Translations under genes and position numbers: made by a program
Shown here: positions 19,108-29,234 of the stretch, in pieces
How the letters are laid out: every line of letters starts with the position of its first letter
How positions within the stretch are numbered: the first letter of the stretch is position 1
DNA from: Promethearchaeota archaeon
GTDB taxonomy: Archaea; Asgardarchaeota; Lokiarchaeia; Sigyniarchaeales; SOKP01
Direction of reading: 5' to 3'
NCBI GenBank assembly: GCA_019057865.1
Contig: JAHLWP010000011.1
Span: 32,674 to 96,673 of the forward strand
DNA: 64,000 nucleotides
Notes under the pieces: generated by a model
Told to the model about the DNA's origin: nothing
The model's input: the letters and a program-made list of their open reading frames with translations, nothing else
Database searches by the model: none

Positions 19108-20223
19108 ATGAGTAAAGAAAAGAAAAGCCCTTATGAAATTGATGAGACAATTTACCAGCGATTTGAAGAGAAAAACAATATGATTTATCGCCGTTTATGG
19201 GATAAATCTTTACCAACTTATGGTCAAATGTTTTTTACTAATATTCAAAAGCATATTGATTCTAAAAAAGAAGGATATTCCCGTATTGATTTTAATCTTG
19301 TTAAATCAGGTTGGACAGTCTATGAAAAATTTCCATTTGCATTTGCGTGGGAAAGAAAGGATCATTATACAGGAGATTATGGGAAGAAATGGACAAAATC
19401 AAAATTTAAAGTTGAAAATCTTGAGGATTTTACTGAAATAATAAAAAAGACTGCAAAATTTTATGGTGCATCATTGGTAGGAATTGTTGATATTGATGAG
19501 AGATGGATTTACAAAACAGGATTTATCAGACCAGAAAATAAAAGTGAAGAAGATTCTAAAGGGAAAGTAAGGGAGGGTGTACAAAGTGTTTCTATTCTTC
19601 AGCAGCCAATTAATTTGCCAGAGGGTATAAATAAAGTTATTGTAATGGCAATTGAAATGGATAAAGATGCTATCTCTACGGCACCTGCTCAACCTGCAGC
19701 CGCAACTGCAGCTGTAGTTTACTCCAAAATGGCTTTTACAATAGCATGTGTAGGTGAATTTATAAGGAACTTAGGATATAGAGCAATACAATGTGGAAAT
19801 GATACCGCGTTGAGTATACCCCTAGCTATTGATGCAGGATTAGGTGCATTAGGGAGATTAGGTTTGTTAATAACCCCCGAGTTTGGTCCAAGAGTAAGAA
19901 TTTGCAAAGTATTTACAGATTTACCATTAAGAACGGATAAACCTAATCTTGAATTTATAAAAAAAGTTGAAAACTTTTGTAAGAATTGTTTTAAATGTGC
20001 TGAAGCATGCGAAACAGAAGCAATTACTAAAGATAAAGAACCTAAATTTAAAAGTGAATCAATAAGTAACAATTCTGGCGTAAAAAAATATCATGTTAAT
20101 GTGGAAAAATGCTTTGAATTTTGGATTGAAAATAGTAGTGACTGTGGGGCATGTATTGCAGTTTGCCCATTTTCAAAGATTATTAATTATCTAACTCCTA
20201 ATGAGTTCTGGAAATTAGATTAA
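19108..20223 (+). CDS. Reductive dehalogenase-like cobalamin/2x[4Fe-4S] protein (RdhA family)
   Basis: AKFYGASLVGI, DAGLGALGRLGLLITPEFGPRVR, FCKNCFKCAEAC, CFEFW...CGACIAVCPF. No twin-arginine signal. Confidence 0.82.
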   Translation: MSKEKKSPYEIDETIYQRFEEKNNMIYRRLWDKSLPTYGQMFFTNIQKHIDSKKEGYSRIDFNLVKSGWTVYEKFPFAFAWERKDHYTGDYGKKWTKSKFKVENLEDFTEIIKKTAKFYGASLVGIVDIDERWIYKTGFIRPENKSEEDSKGKVREGVQSVSILQQPINLPEGINKVIVMAIEMDKDAISTAPAQPAAATAAVVYSKMAFTIACVGEFIRNLGYRAIQCGNDTALSIPLAIDAGLGALGRLGLLITPEFGPRVRICKVFTDLPLRTDKPNLEFIKKVENFCKNCFKCAEACETEAITKDKEPKFKSESISNNSGVKKYHVNVEKCFEFWIENSSDCGACIAVCPFSKIINYLTPNEFWKLD

Positions 20224-20329
20224 ATAGAATAATCAAAAATTTTATGAGCTATTTTTGATATATTTAACAAAACAGATAAAAGTTTCAATCCTTTATTATT
20301 AGATAATTTGATTATTTTATTTCTGAAAA

Positions 20330-22045
20330 ATGAATATTGTTGATAAAAAAACAATCGCAGAATTTTTAGGTGAATATGTAACCTATATCTCAGTAGAAGA
20401 ACTTGAGAGTATAATTGAAATTCCTCCTCCTGAAATTAGTTATACATATGCATTTCCATGCTTCCAATTAGCTAAGTGGGAAAAAAAAGCTCCAAATATT
20501 ATTGCAGAAAACTTACAGAAGAATTTATCTTTAACAGATTACTTAGAAAGTATTGAAGCAATAGGTCCTTATCTCAACTTCAAAATTAAATCTTCAATAA
20601 TTTTGCAGAATATTTATGAACTTGGGGGAGATTATGGTAGAATTTATGAAGAAGCAAAGAAAAAGAAATCTAAACCGTCAAAAATAGTAATAGAATACCC
20701 TGCTCCTAATACAAATAAACCTCTTCATTTTGGTCATATTCGAAATATACTTTTAGGTCGTTCTATTTCAAATCTTTTGAGATATAAAGGGGATAACGTG
20801 TTTGAAGTTAATTTATATAATAATAGAGGGATTCATATCTGCAAATCTATGCTTGCATATAAGAAATGGGGTAAAAAAGAAGAACCAAATGTAAAAAGTG
20901 ACCACTTTGTAGGAGACTATTACGTTAAATATGTTCAAACGGAAAAGAAAGATAAACAGTTAATAGATGACGTTTATGATTTGCTAAAATTATGGGAGAG
21001 TGGAGATAATGAGACCAGAGAGTTATGGACAAAAATGAATAAATGGGCGATTGATGGCTTTAAAGAAACCTTCAAAAAATTCAATATAAATTTCGATAAA
21101 GAGTATTTTGAATCGGAAATATATGAAAAAGGTAAAGAAATTGTTCTTTCGAACCTTGAGAAAGGTATCTTTGAAAAAACCGAAGACGGAGCTGTTTTTG
21201 CTAGTTTAAAGGAAAAATATAATTTACCTAATAAAATTTTACTTAGAAGAGATGGAACTTCAGTCTATATTACGCAAGATATTTATCTAGCATTCCTTAA
21301 AAAACAAGATTTTGATTATGATAAGTCAATTTATGTTGTTGGAAATGAGCAGGATCTATATTTTAAACAACTTTTTGCTGTTTTAGATTTGATTGGATTT
21401 AAAGAAGATAAATATCATCTTTCTTATGGAATGGTTTCTTTACCAGAAGGAAAAATGAAAAGTAGAGAAGGTATTGTTGTAGATGCAGACGAGATAGTAG
21501 AAAAAATGGAAATGCTTGCTTATGAAGAAGTCAATGAAAGATATCCTGAACTTTTAGAAGAAGAAAAAATAAAAAGAGCTAATGTTATAGGTATGGCAGC
21601 TTTAGTATTTTTCATTTTGAAATTTAATCCAAAATCAGATTTCATATTTAATCCAAAAGAAAGTATATCATTTGAAGGGGAAACAGGACCATATATTCAA
21701 TATTGTTATGCAAGAATAGAATCCATAATCTCTAAATCAAAAGAGAGGATTAGCTCTAAGATTAATTGGGCTTTATTAAGCCATCATTTAGAGCAAAATT
21801 TAATTAAACAGTTAAGTTACTTCCCCGAGATTGTGGACACTACAGCTAAAAATTATAGTATACATTTAATACCTCAATATCTTCTAAACTTATGCCAAAT
21901 TTTTAATTCTTTTTACAGTGTTTGTCCTGTTATCTCAGATAATAAAGAATTAGAGAAAGCGAGATTATTATTAATAAAATGTGTACAGATTGTAATAAAG
22001 ATTGGATTAGATATTATGGGAATAGAAATACTCAATAAAATGTAA
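20330..22045 (+). CDS. argS: Arginine-tRNA ligase
   Basis: PNTNKPLHFGHIRN (HIGH), KMKSREG, GETGPYIQYCYARI, C-terminal ...KM. Confidence 0.97.
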   Translation: MNIVDKKTIAEFLGEYVTYISVEELESIIEIPPPEISYTYAFPCFQLAKWEKKAPNIIAENLQKNLSLTDYLESIEAIGPYLNFKIKSSIILQNIYELGGDYGRIYEEAKKKKSKPSKIVIEYPAPNTNKPLHFGHIRNILLGRSISNLLRYKGDNVFEVNLYNNRGIHICKSMLAYKKWGKKEEPNVKSDHFVGDYYVKYVQTEKKDKQLIDDVYDLLKLWESGDNETRELWTKMNKWAIDGFKETFKKFNINFDKEYFESEIYEKGKEIVLSNLEKGIFEKTEDGAVFASLKEKYNLPNKILLRRDGTSVYITQDIYLAFLKKQDFDYDKSIYVVGNEQDLYFKQLFAVLDLIGFKEDKYHLSYGMVSLPEGKMKSREGIVVDADEIVEKMEMLAYEEVNERYPELLEEEKIKRANVIGMAALVFFILKFNPKSDFIFNPKESISFEGETGPYIQYCYARIESIISKSKERISSKINWALLSHHLEQNLIKQLSYFPEIVDTTAKNYSIHLIPQYLLNLCQIFNSFYSVCPVISDNKELEKARLLLIKCVQIVIKIGLDIMGIEILNKM

Positions 22046-22072
22046 GATTTAAATTAATAAAAAAGATTTATT

Positions 22073-22984
22073 ATGAATTTTTTTGATTTCGGAGAATTGA
22101 TAGATAAAGACACTGAATTTGTCATTTTTGGAATACCTTGGGATTACTTAACTTCAATAGAGGGCCCAAACTCTGCCATTGCTCCTCAAAAAATACGTGA
22201 TGTTACTGAGAATTTAGCTCTTACATCTGAAATGGGCTTTAAGATTCCTAATTTAAAAGTTATTGATATTGGAGATGTTAATATCGAACCCAAAAACGTA
22301 GAGAGGAATCTCAAAGAAATTGAAAATTTTGTCAAAAAGATATTTGAAGAGAAAAAAGAGATAGTCTCTGTAATGATTGGAGGAGATCATTTCTGTACTT
22401 ACCCTGTAGTTAAAGTAATCGGGAATAATTTTGATAATAAAGATAAATTTGGATTTTTAGTTTTTGATTCTCACTTAGATCTTTACGAAGAATGGGATAA
22501 AGGTGTTTACTCACATGCAACAATCTCCCATCGAATTTATGATATGGAATTTATTAATAATAAAAATTTATTAGTTGTGGGGACAAGAGATATTGATATT
22601 CCTGAGTTAGATATAGCAAATAAAGAAAAAATTGCATATTTAGATGCCTACAAATTAGCTGAAATTGGATTAAGTGAATATATTAATATAATAATTGATT
22701 TTTTTAATGGTTCTGATATCAATAACCTCTATGTATCCATTGATATTGATGCTTTAGACCCTTCTATTGCCCCTGGTACGGGTTTTGCTATCCCTGGAGG
22801 ATTTTCTTACCGTGAGATATGGATTATTTTAAGAGAATTAACTAAAAATTTTAATATTAGGGCATTTGACGTGGTTGAGGTTGCTCCAAATTTGGATAAT
22901 GCTAATAATATGACTTGTAATTTAGCAGCTAAGTTAATTATAGAATTTATATCATTTATAGCTGAAAAAAATGGTAAGATTTAA
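22073..22984 (+). CDS. speB: Agmatinase (ureohydrolase family)
   Basis: GGDH, DSHLD, SIDIDALDPSIAPGTG, DVVEVAP. Confidence 0.85.
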   Translation: MNFFDFGELIDKDTEFVIFGIPWDYLTSIEGPNSAIAPQKIRDVTENLALTSEMGFKIPNLKVIDIGDVNIEPKNVERNLKEIENFVKKIFEEKKEIVSVMIGGDHFCTYPVVKVIGNNFDNKDKFGFLVFDSHLDLYEEWDKGVYSHATISHRIYDMEFINNKNLLVVGTRDIDIPELDIANKEKIAYLDAYKLAEIGLSEYINIIIDFFNGSDINNLYVSIDIDALDPSIAPGTGFAIPGGFSYREIWIILRELTKNFNIRAFDVVEVAPNLDNANNMTCNLAAKLIIEFISFIAEKNGKI

Positions 22985-22987
22985 ATA

Positions 22988-23935
22988 ATGGATAACAATT
23001 TTAAAGAAAAGTTGAAGAAAGTAAACCAATTTAAAGTAACAGACGAAATAGACATAATCAGCCTTATTCATTCTTTAAAAGAGACTGGTTTTAATGCTAA
23101 AAGATTAGCTTTAGCTTGTCACATCTATAAAGATATGATTAACGATAAAGAATGTACGAAATTTTTTGGCTTGGCTGGTGCTATGGTTCCTGCTGGAATG
23201 CAAGGAATTATTCATGATTTTGTTAAAGAGGGATTTATTGATGTGTTAGTTTCTACTGGAGCAAATTTAACGCATGATCTTGCTGAGTGCTTAGGTTTTC
23301 ATCATTTACAAGGTGAAATTAATCCTAATAATATTGACGATGCTAACTTACTTAGCGAAGAGATGAATAGAATTTATGATGTTTTTTTGCCAAATAAAGT
23401 CTATGAGGGAATAGAGGATTTTATATCTCAGCTGAAAATCCCAGACAATACCATGTCAGTAAGCTCATTTTTAAAATTTTTAGGAGAGCATTTACCTAAA
23501 AGTTCAAATTCAATTTTAAGAATCTGCGCAGATAAGAATGTCAAGGTCTTTTGCCCTGCTTTTACTGACTCTGGATTAGCGATGCAGTTAGGTTTTCATC
23601 ATAAAAATTTAAATTTAAACCACTTCAAAGATATGCTCGAAATGGTTGATATTGCATGGGATGCTAAAAAAGCCGGAGTTTGCATAGTTGGAGGGGGAGT
23701 TCCTAAAAATTTTATAATGCAATCATTACAATTTTGCCCAAATTCGGCTAGCTATGCAATTCAAATAACTATGGATAGACCAGAACCAGGTGGATTAAGT
23801 GGTGCTACATTAAGAGAAGCAATATCTTGGGGGAAAGTTAATAAAAAGGCAAAATATACAACACTTATATCAGATGCCACAATTGCTTTACCACTAATAT
23901 TTTGGTTTTTGAAAAAATCAAAAAATAACAAGTAA
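22988..23935 (+). CDS. dys: Deoxyhypusine synthase
   Basis: STGANLTHD, CPAFTDS, GGGVPKNF, GGLSGATLREAISWGK (catalytic Lys present), DATIALP. Confidence 0.95.
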   Translation: MDNNFKEKLKKVNQFKVTDEIDIISLIHSLKETGFNAKRLALACHIYKDMINDKECTKFFGLAGAMVPAGMQGIIHDFVKEGFIDVLVSTGANLTHDLAECLGFHHLQGEINPNNIDDANLLSEEMNRIYDVFLPNKVYEGIEDFISQLKIPDNTMSVSSFLKFLGEHLPKSSNSILRICADKNVKVFCPAFTDSGLAMQLGFHHKNLNLNHFKDMLEMVDIAWDAKKAGVCIVGGGVPKNFIMQSLQFCPNSASYAIQITMDRPEPGGLSGATLREAISWGKVNKKAKYTTLISDATIALPLIFWFLKKSKNNK

Positions 23936-23968
23936 TTATTTAAATTGTCTTAATTATAGAAATCTTTA

Positions 23969-24430
23969 TTATAATATCCCTTTTAATTTTTGATCAATAG
24001 TTTTTGTATCAGTTCCAAAAATTTTATCAAGATTTTGCTTAAAATTCCTAAATTGAGAAACTTCTGATAAATTCTTACCAGTATTAAGCGATTTAAATTC
24101 TTTTAAGATTTTATGTAATGATGGTTGAACTATTTTATGAATATACTTGTCAATCTTCTTCTCTTTATCTAATATGGCGTAAGAAATCAGAAGTTCAGGT
24201 TCATTACTATTATCAGATAAGATTTTATCCCCAATAAAAGCGATAATAAATTTTTTTCCTTCAAAATATTCAACTAAACCCTGTGAAAAGGCACTTTCTG
24301 CAAAATTTAGGAAAGCAGTTAATAATCCACTTCTTAAATCTACATCGATTTTTCCAAGACTAGTTTTATGATAACTTTTCTTTACTACAGTAAATCCTCT
24401 AAACAATAATCCCGCTTCCCGGATAACCAT
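23969..24430 (-). CDS. Hypothetical protein, possible longin-like fold
   Basis: DLRSGLLTAFLNFAE helix and beta/alpha pattern seen in Asgard longin/roadblock-like proteins. Confidence 0.55.
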   Translation of the reverse strand: MVIREAGLLFRGFTVVKKSYHKTSLGKIDVDLRSGLLTAFLNFAESAFSQGLVEYFEGKKFIIAFIGDKILSDNSNEPELLISYAILDKEKKIDKYIHKIVQPSLHKILKEFKSLNTGKNLSEVSQFRNFKQNLDKIFGTDTKTIDQKLKGIL

Positions 24431-24674
24431 ATTGAGATTTAAATCTATTGATTTTTTTAACTAATTGAAGAATTTCCAAAAAGTAATTTATTTAATAATT
24501 TAAATATAACAATCCAATTTAATAAAATCTTTCCTCATTAAAAAGAATTAAAGATTCATTATGTTTACCTACTAAAAAATATATAATCTTATAAATTAAT
24601 CTATTTCCAGTCAATTCCAATTTTTAAGAGGTTAAACAACAAGAATTTTTATATTTAGTATATTTCTTAAAACT

Positions 24675-25862
24675 ATGATTACCAAAGATAAAGTTAAATT
24701 ATGCGCTGAAAATATTGCCCGAAGTATAAGTATAAAAAAAGAAGGCGAATTCGTTTTTATAAGAGGAGGTGCTTATTCTCAAGAATTAATAGAAGAGATA
24801 GGATTAAGCATTTTAAGAAAAGGAGGAATTCCTCATATCTCATATACATCGGATTACTATACAGAAACTATTTTTCAAGATGATCAAATTAAGGTTAAGA
24901 CATTAGAAAAAACTCCTCAACATTATTTAAAAATGATTGAGAATATAGATGCATATATTGTAATTGAACCCCTCGAAGATCCTTCAATTACCACCAAAGC
25001 ACCAAGAGAAAAAGTAGATGCTGTTGCTAAAGCTAGAGCTCCTATTAGAGAAATTCTTTATGGTTTTAAGGAAGAATATGCACCTGGCAAAAAATGGTGT
25101 TATGCTGCCTGGCCCTCAAAAAAAGCAGCAGAATTCTATAATATAGATTATGACTTTTATGAAAGGTTTATTGTTGGAGGAATGAGTGTTCCTTATAATG
25201 AGATGAATAAAATTACAAAAAATCTAGGAAGATTCTTCGATAAAGCTAAAAAAGTGTATGTTAATGATGAATTTGGGACTGATTTTTGGGTTTCAATAGA
25301 AAATAGAAAAAAAATTCTTGATGATGGAATCATTTCAGATGAACAAATTGAATCAGGAGATTTAGGGGGTAATTTACCGGCTGGAGAAGTTTTTTTCCCA
25401 CCTAACGAAAAACAAGGTGAGGGCAAACTCTTTTGTCCTTTAACTAAAGATAGATTCACAGATAAAATCATAAGAAATGTTGATTTAGGTTTTAAAGAAG
25501 GAAAATTATTAATAGATAAAACAACTGCCGATACCAACTTAGAAGATTTAATTGCTTCTTTTAAAAAATGTGAAGAAATGGATAAAGAGAATAAAGTACC
25601 TGAACTTAGAACTTATAATGTTGCTGAACTTGGAATTGGGTGTAATCCGGAAATTACGAGAGCAATTGGATATATCCTTACTGATGAAAAGATTATTGGG
25701 AGTGTACATTTAGCATTTGGATTTAATAAAAGTTTTGGGGGAACTTCCGCATCCCAGATGCACTGGGACTTTGTAACTGCTCCTAAAGCTAATATTACTG
25801 TTGAATATCTAGACGGGTCCAAAAAATTAATAATGGACAATGGTAAATTAATTGATAATTAA
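24675..25862 (+). CDS. Aminopeptidase, M29 (thermophilic metalloprotease) family
   Basis: NLPAGEVF, AELGIG, DEKIIGSVHLAFG, HWDFV. Confidence 0.92.
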   Translation: MITKDKVKLCAENIARSISIKKEGEFVFIRGGAYSQELIEEIGLSILRKGGIPHISYTSDYYTETIFQDDQIKVKTLEKTPQHYLKMIENIDAYIVIEPLEDPSITTKAPREKVDAVAKARAPIREILYGFKEEYAPGKKWCYAAWPSKKAAEFYNIDYDFYERFIVGGMSVPYNEMNKITKNLGRFFDKAKKVYVNDEFGTDFWVSIENRKKILDDGIISDEQIESGDLGGNLPAGEVFFPPNEKQGEGKLFCPLTKDRFTDKIIRNVDLGFKEGKLLIDKTTADTNLEDLIASFKKCEEMDKENKVPELRTYNVAELGIGCNPEITRAIGYILTDEKIIGSVHLAFGFNKSFGGTSASQMHWDFVTAPKANITVEYLDGSKKLIMDNGKLIDN

Positions 25863-25878
25863 GTGTATTAGTGAAAAG

Positions 25879-26352
25879 CTAAATTAATTTTTCAATATAT
25901 TGGAGTACTTTTTCTAATACCTTCTTTTTAAATGTAATTCGATCTGTCTTGAAATTGTATTTCTCCACAATAGTTTCTTTTTCATTTGAAAACCCAATAA
26001 AAACCAGCCCTACTGGCTTTTCTGGTGTCCCACCAGTCGGACCTGCTATACCACTAATACCAATACCTATGTCTACATTTGATTGTATTCTAATATTATT
26101 GGCTAACTGTCTTACAATTTCTTCAGAGACAGCACCATTTTCTTCAATTGCTTTAGGATCTACATTTAATAAATCTATTTTTGCCTGATTGTTATAGCAT
26201 ACAATACCTCTTTCAAATACATTCGAAGCTCCCGAAACATTGGTAAACATATTCGAAATATAACCTCCCGTGCATGATTCTGCGACAGCTATTCTAATAT
26301 TTTCTTTAGTAAAATTTTTAATTATCTTCTCGATTCTGTTTAAAAGAGCCAA
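25879..26352 (-). CDS. CinA C-terminal domain protein (NMN deamidase, PncC-like)
   Basis: AESCTGG, GAVSEE, SGIAGPTGGTPEKPVGLV. Confidence 0.93.
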   Translation of the reverse strand: MALLNRIEKIIKNFTKENIRIAVAESCTGGYISNMFTNVSGASNVFERGIVCYNNQAKIDLLNVDPKAIEENGAVSEEIVRQLANNIRIQSNVDIGIGISGIAGPTGGTPEKPVGLVFIGFSNEKETIVEKYNFKTDRITFKKKVLEKVLQYIEKLI

Positions 26353-26361
26353 ATTACATCA

Positions 26362-26826
26362 TCACCTTTGTATCTCAAATTTTTTGCCACATGACTTGCA
26401 ATATTGTCCTTTTTTACTCATAGGAGTACCACAATAAAGACAAAACACTTTTGTAGCAGGTTTTTTAACAGGGGCTAGGGATTTAAATATTTCTGGTTCT
26501 TTTTCCCCAAAAGGTTGATATTGCAAATTTTTTTCAACAACTTTCTGAAAACATCTAGGACAATTCTGCTTTTTCTTAATACCATAATAGAACACATAGG
26601 GATTGAGTGCCATAAAAAACCACATATAATATAAAAAGAGAATAATCCCTGAAAAAATAAAAGAAGTTATAACGGTAATAGTTATTAAAGTCATTAATAT
26701 AATAACTGCAAAAATACCAAATAATTTAATATTAAATTTTGGTCTTGATGGAAAAACATTCATTTTGCAGCTTTCACAGAACTTCATTTCGTTTATATCT
26801 TGACTCATATCTCTCCATGTAAACAT
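26362..26826 (-). CDS. Membrane protein with zinc ribbons
   Basis: CESC and CPRC flank two TMs; C-terminal CLYCG...CKSCG. Confidence 0.8.
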   Translation of the reverse strand: MFTWRDMSQDINEMKFCESCKMNVFPSRPKFNIKLFGIFAVIILMTLITITVITSFIFSGIILFLYYMWFFMALNPYVFYYGIKKKQNCPRCFQKVVEKNLQYQPFGEKEPEIFKSLAPVKKPATKVFCLYCGTPMSKKGQYCKSCGKKFEIQR

Positions 26827-26974
26827 TTAAAACAATTTGCTATTATTATTAAAAATACCATAAATATAAATTAATAACAAATAAAAATAAATAATTAAAT
26901 AATATCTTATACTTTTGAAATTTTAAAGCAATAGTATTATTATTCGGAAAAAAAAATTTTACAGAGTGATTTAA

Positions 26975-27514
26975 ATGAGAAATAATGAAGACAAGAAAGG
27001 ATTTGTGTTTAAGATTACAGTTATTGGAGATGGAGCAGTAGGAAAAACCTCATTAATCAAAAAATACACTCAAGGGAGTTTTCAAAAAGACTACATTAAA
27101 ACCTTAGGAGCACAATTTTCAAAATACGATGAGGAAATTGAAGGAGATAATTGTAAATTATTTTTCTGGGATATTGCTGGCCAGGATGAATTCAATTTCA
27201 TGCGTCCTACCTTCTATAAAGGAAGTAAAGCAGCAATTATAGTATTTTCACACACTGATGATGATAGTTTTGAACATATCTCCCAATGGCATGATGATAT
27301 TATAAAATATTGCGGTGATCTCCCAATAGTTTTATTCGGAAACAAAATTGATTTAATCAATAAAGAGGATTTAGATGATGGGAAGGCTAAAGAAATTGTA
27401 AAAGAAAGAAATTTTCTTAAATATTATAGAACAAGCGCTAAAACAGGAAGTGGTGTATACAAAGCATTTCAGGCAATAATTAAAGAATTATATTATAGAT
27501 ATAAAGAAGACTAA
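26975..27514 (+). CDS. Rab-like small GTPase
   Basis: GDGAVGKT, WDIAGQ, GNKID, SAK. Confidence 0.95.
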   Translation: MRNNEDKKGFVFKITVIGDGAVGKTSLIKKYTQGSFQKDYIKTLGAQFSKYDEEIEGDNCKLFFWDIAGQDEFNFMRPTFYKGSKAAIIVFSHTDDDSFEHISQWHDDIIKYCGDLPIVLFGNKIDLINKEDLDDGKAKEIVKERNFLKYYRTSAKTGSGVYKAFQAIIKELYYRYKED

Positions 27515-27518
27515 TAAA

Positions 27519-27818
27519 ATGCATGAAGATTTCGAGCAAGATTATCCTAAGATAATATTTTTTTCTTCGAATCATTGCGCTCCTTGTAAGCCAGTTGAAG
27601 AAATGCTGAAAAAAATAAATATTTCATTGTTTGGAAAAAAATTAAAAATAGAAAAAATTTTGATTGATCTTGAAGAAAACCGAGGATTTACTCGAGAATA
27701 TCGAATCACCTCTGTGCCAACATTAGTTATAGCTGAAAAAAAATTAGCAGTAAACATTCAAGAAGAAGATATAATTGACGCAATTTTATATGCGTTTATA
27801 GCATCTGTAAAAATATAA
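27519..27818 (+). CDS. Thioredoxin-fold protein
   Basis: CAPC active-site motif and SVPTLV cis-Pro motif. Confidence 0.85.
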   Translation: MHEDFEQDYPKIIFFSSNHCAPCKPVEEMLKKINISLFGKKLKIEKILIDLEENRGFTREYRITSVPTLVIAEKKLAVNIQEEDIIDAILYAFIASVKI

Positions 27819-27881
27819 TTTTAAATAAAAAATACTAAAAAGATATGAATAAAAAAAAGAATAAATTTTAAGTGAATTTGT

Positions 27882-28361
27882 ATGGATCGACCATTACTAT
27901 CTAAAATTTTGGCTCAAATGAAAAAGAATTTAAAAGAAGGAAAATCAATAGGAGATATGAAGGTTGGTGCTTTATTAGCTTTAGGACACCAACTAGAAGC
28001 GATTTTTTATTATTTAGGACACGAGTTAGGGACAATTCTAAAAGTCAAACAAATTGCTGATGTAAATAAAATACCTGATGAATTAAAAAAGACGATCTCT
28101 GAATATAATCTAGGAGATATTGAAATTACGGATAGTTCAGATGAAGTAGTACAATTAAAGTTGAAAGGGCATTCATCCATCAAGGATTTAATTAATAAAG
28201 GAATCAAAACAACTGGTAGTTTTTGTTCATTCGAAGCGGGATTGCTAGCTGGAGTTGTAGAAAAAATAAGCGATCATCATTGCTTTGCCCAGGAATTAGA
28301 ATGTAGTTTGCAATCAGATAAGGGATACTGTGAATTTATGATAGTTTTTCAAAAAGAATAA
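27882..28361 (+). CDS. V4R-domain protein (Bet3/TRAPP-related fold)
   Basis: FYYLGHELG, FCSFEAGLLAG, ELEC...GYCEF. Confidence 0.85.
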   Translation: MDRPLLSKILAQMKKNLKEGKSIGDMKVGALLALGHQLEAIFYYLGHELGTILKVKQIADVNKIPDELKKTISEYNLGDIEITDSSDEVVQLKLKGHSSIKDLINKGIKTTGSFCSFEAGLLAGVVEKISDHHCFAQELECSLQSDKGYCEFMIVFQKE

Positions 28362-28464
28362 GTTCAATTTATTCGAATATTTAACAAGAAACTTGAGTCG
28401 AAAATTATTAATAAGTATAAACTATATTGTGAATATAAAATAAAACTGTAAGTTTTGATCAACA

Positions 28465-28992
28465 ATGAGCGACCCAAAATATATAATAAAAATAGTTCTT
28501 CTTGGAGACGCTAATGTAGGTAAAACTTCGTTACTTTACATGTGGATCGAAAATAAATTTAGAGAAAATTACAAATCAACCTTAGGAGTTAATCTTCTAA
28601 AAAAAGATTTGAATATAACTGGATATGGTGAGGTTTCTGCTCAAATTTGGGATTTAGGAGGTCAAGAATCTTTTAAATCTCTCAGAAGATTATACCTAGA
28701 GGGAGCTAATGGAGCTTTATTATTATATGATATGACAAATAAAGAATCATATGAAAAACTTGATGAATGGATACAAAGCTTTAAAGAAGATCGAGAAAAT
28801 GAACCTATCATTTTAATTGGGAATAAATCAGATTTAAAAGATAAAATTAAAATTACTGATAAAGACATTAATGAATTCGCAAAAAGAAATAAAGTGGATA
28901 TAATTATTACATCAGCTAAAACAGGGAAAAATGTGGAAAAATCATTTATTGAATTGACTACAAAAATCTTAAAGAAAATTTCAAAAGAATAA
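28465..28992 (+). CDS. Rab-like small GTPase
   Basis: GDANVGKT, WDLGGQ, GNKSD, SAK. Confidence 0.95.
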   Translation: MSDPKYIIKIVLLGDANVGKTSLLYMWIENKFRENYKSTLGVNLLKKDLNITGYGEVSAQIWDLGGQESFKSLRRLYLEGANGALLLYDMTNKESYEKLDEWIQSFKEDRENEPIILIGNKSDLKDKIKITDKDINEFAKRNKVDIIITSAKTGKNVEKSFIELTTKILKKISKE

Positions 28993-29234
28993 AAGTCTAA
29001 GAATATAACCAAACTAAATTATTTACATCTTTAATTTTTACAAGGATATTTCAAAGTGAAAATGTAAATATCAAAATTTGGTGATTTTAGCACATATCTT
29101 TTTTAAATCAACTATGTCTTTTTAAATAAATTTAAATAAAAACCTTTATTTAAATAAAATTATAAAAAATACCATGAAAGAAAGAATATATTTTTTTATT
29201 AAATTTCAAATCACAATTATCTTTCCTAATTATT

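Noticed and set aside
19108-20223. Epoxyqueuosine reductase QueG
   Set aside because: The N-terminal region and the AKFYGASLVGI...W.Y segment look more RdhA-like. Not fully excluded without a tree.
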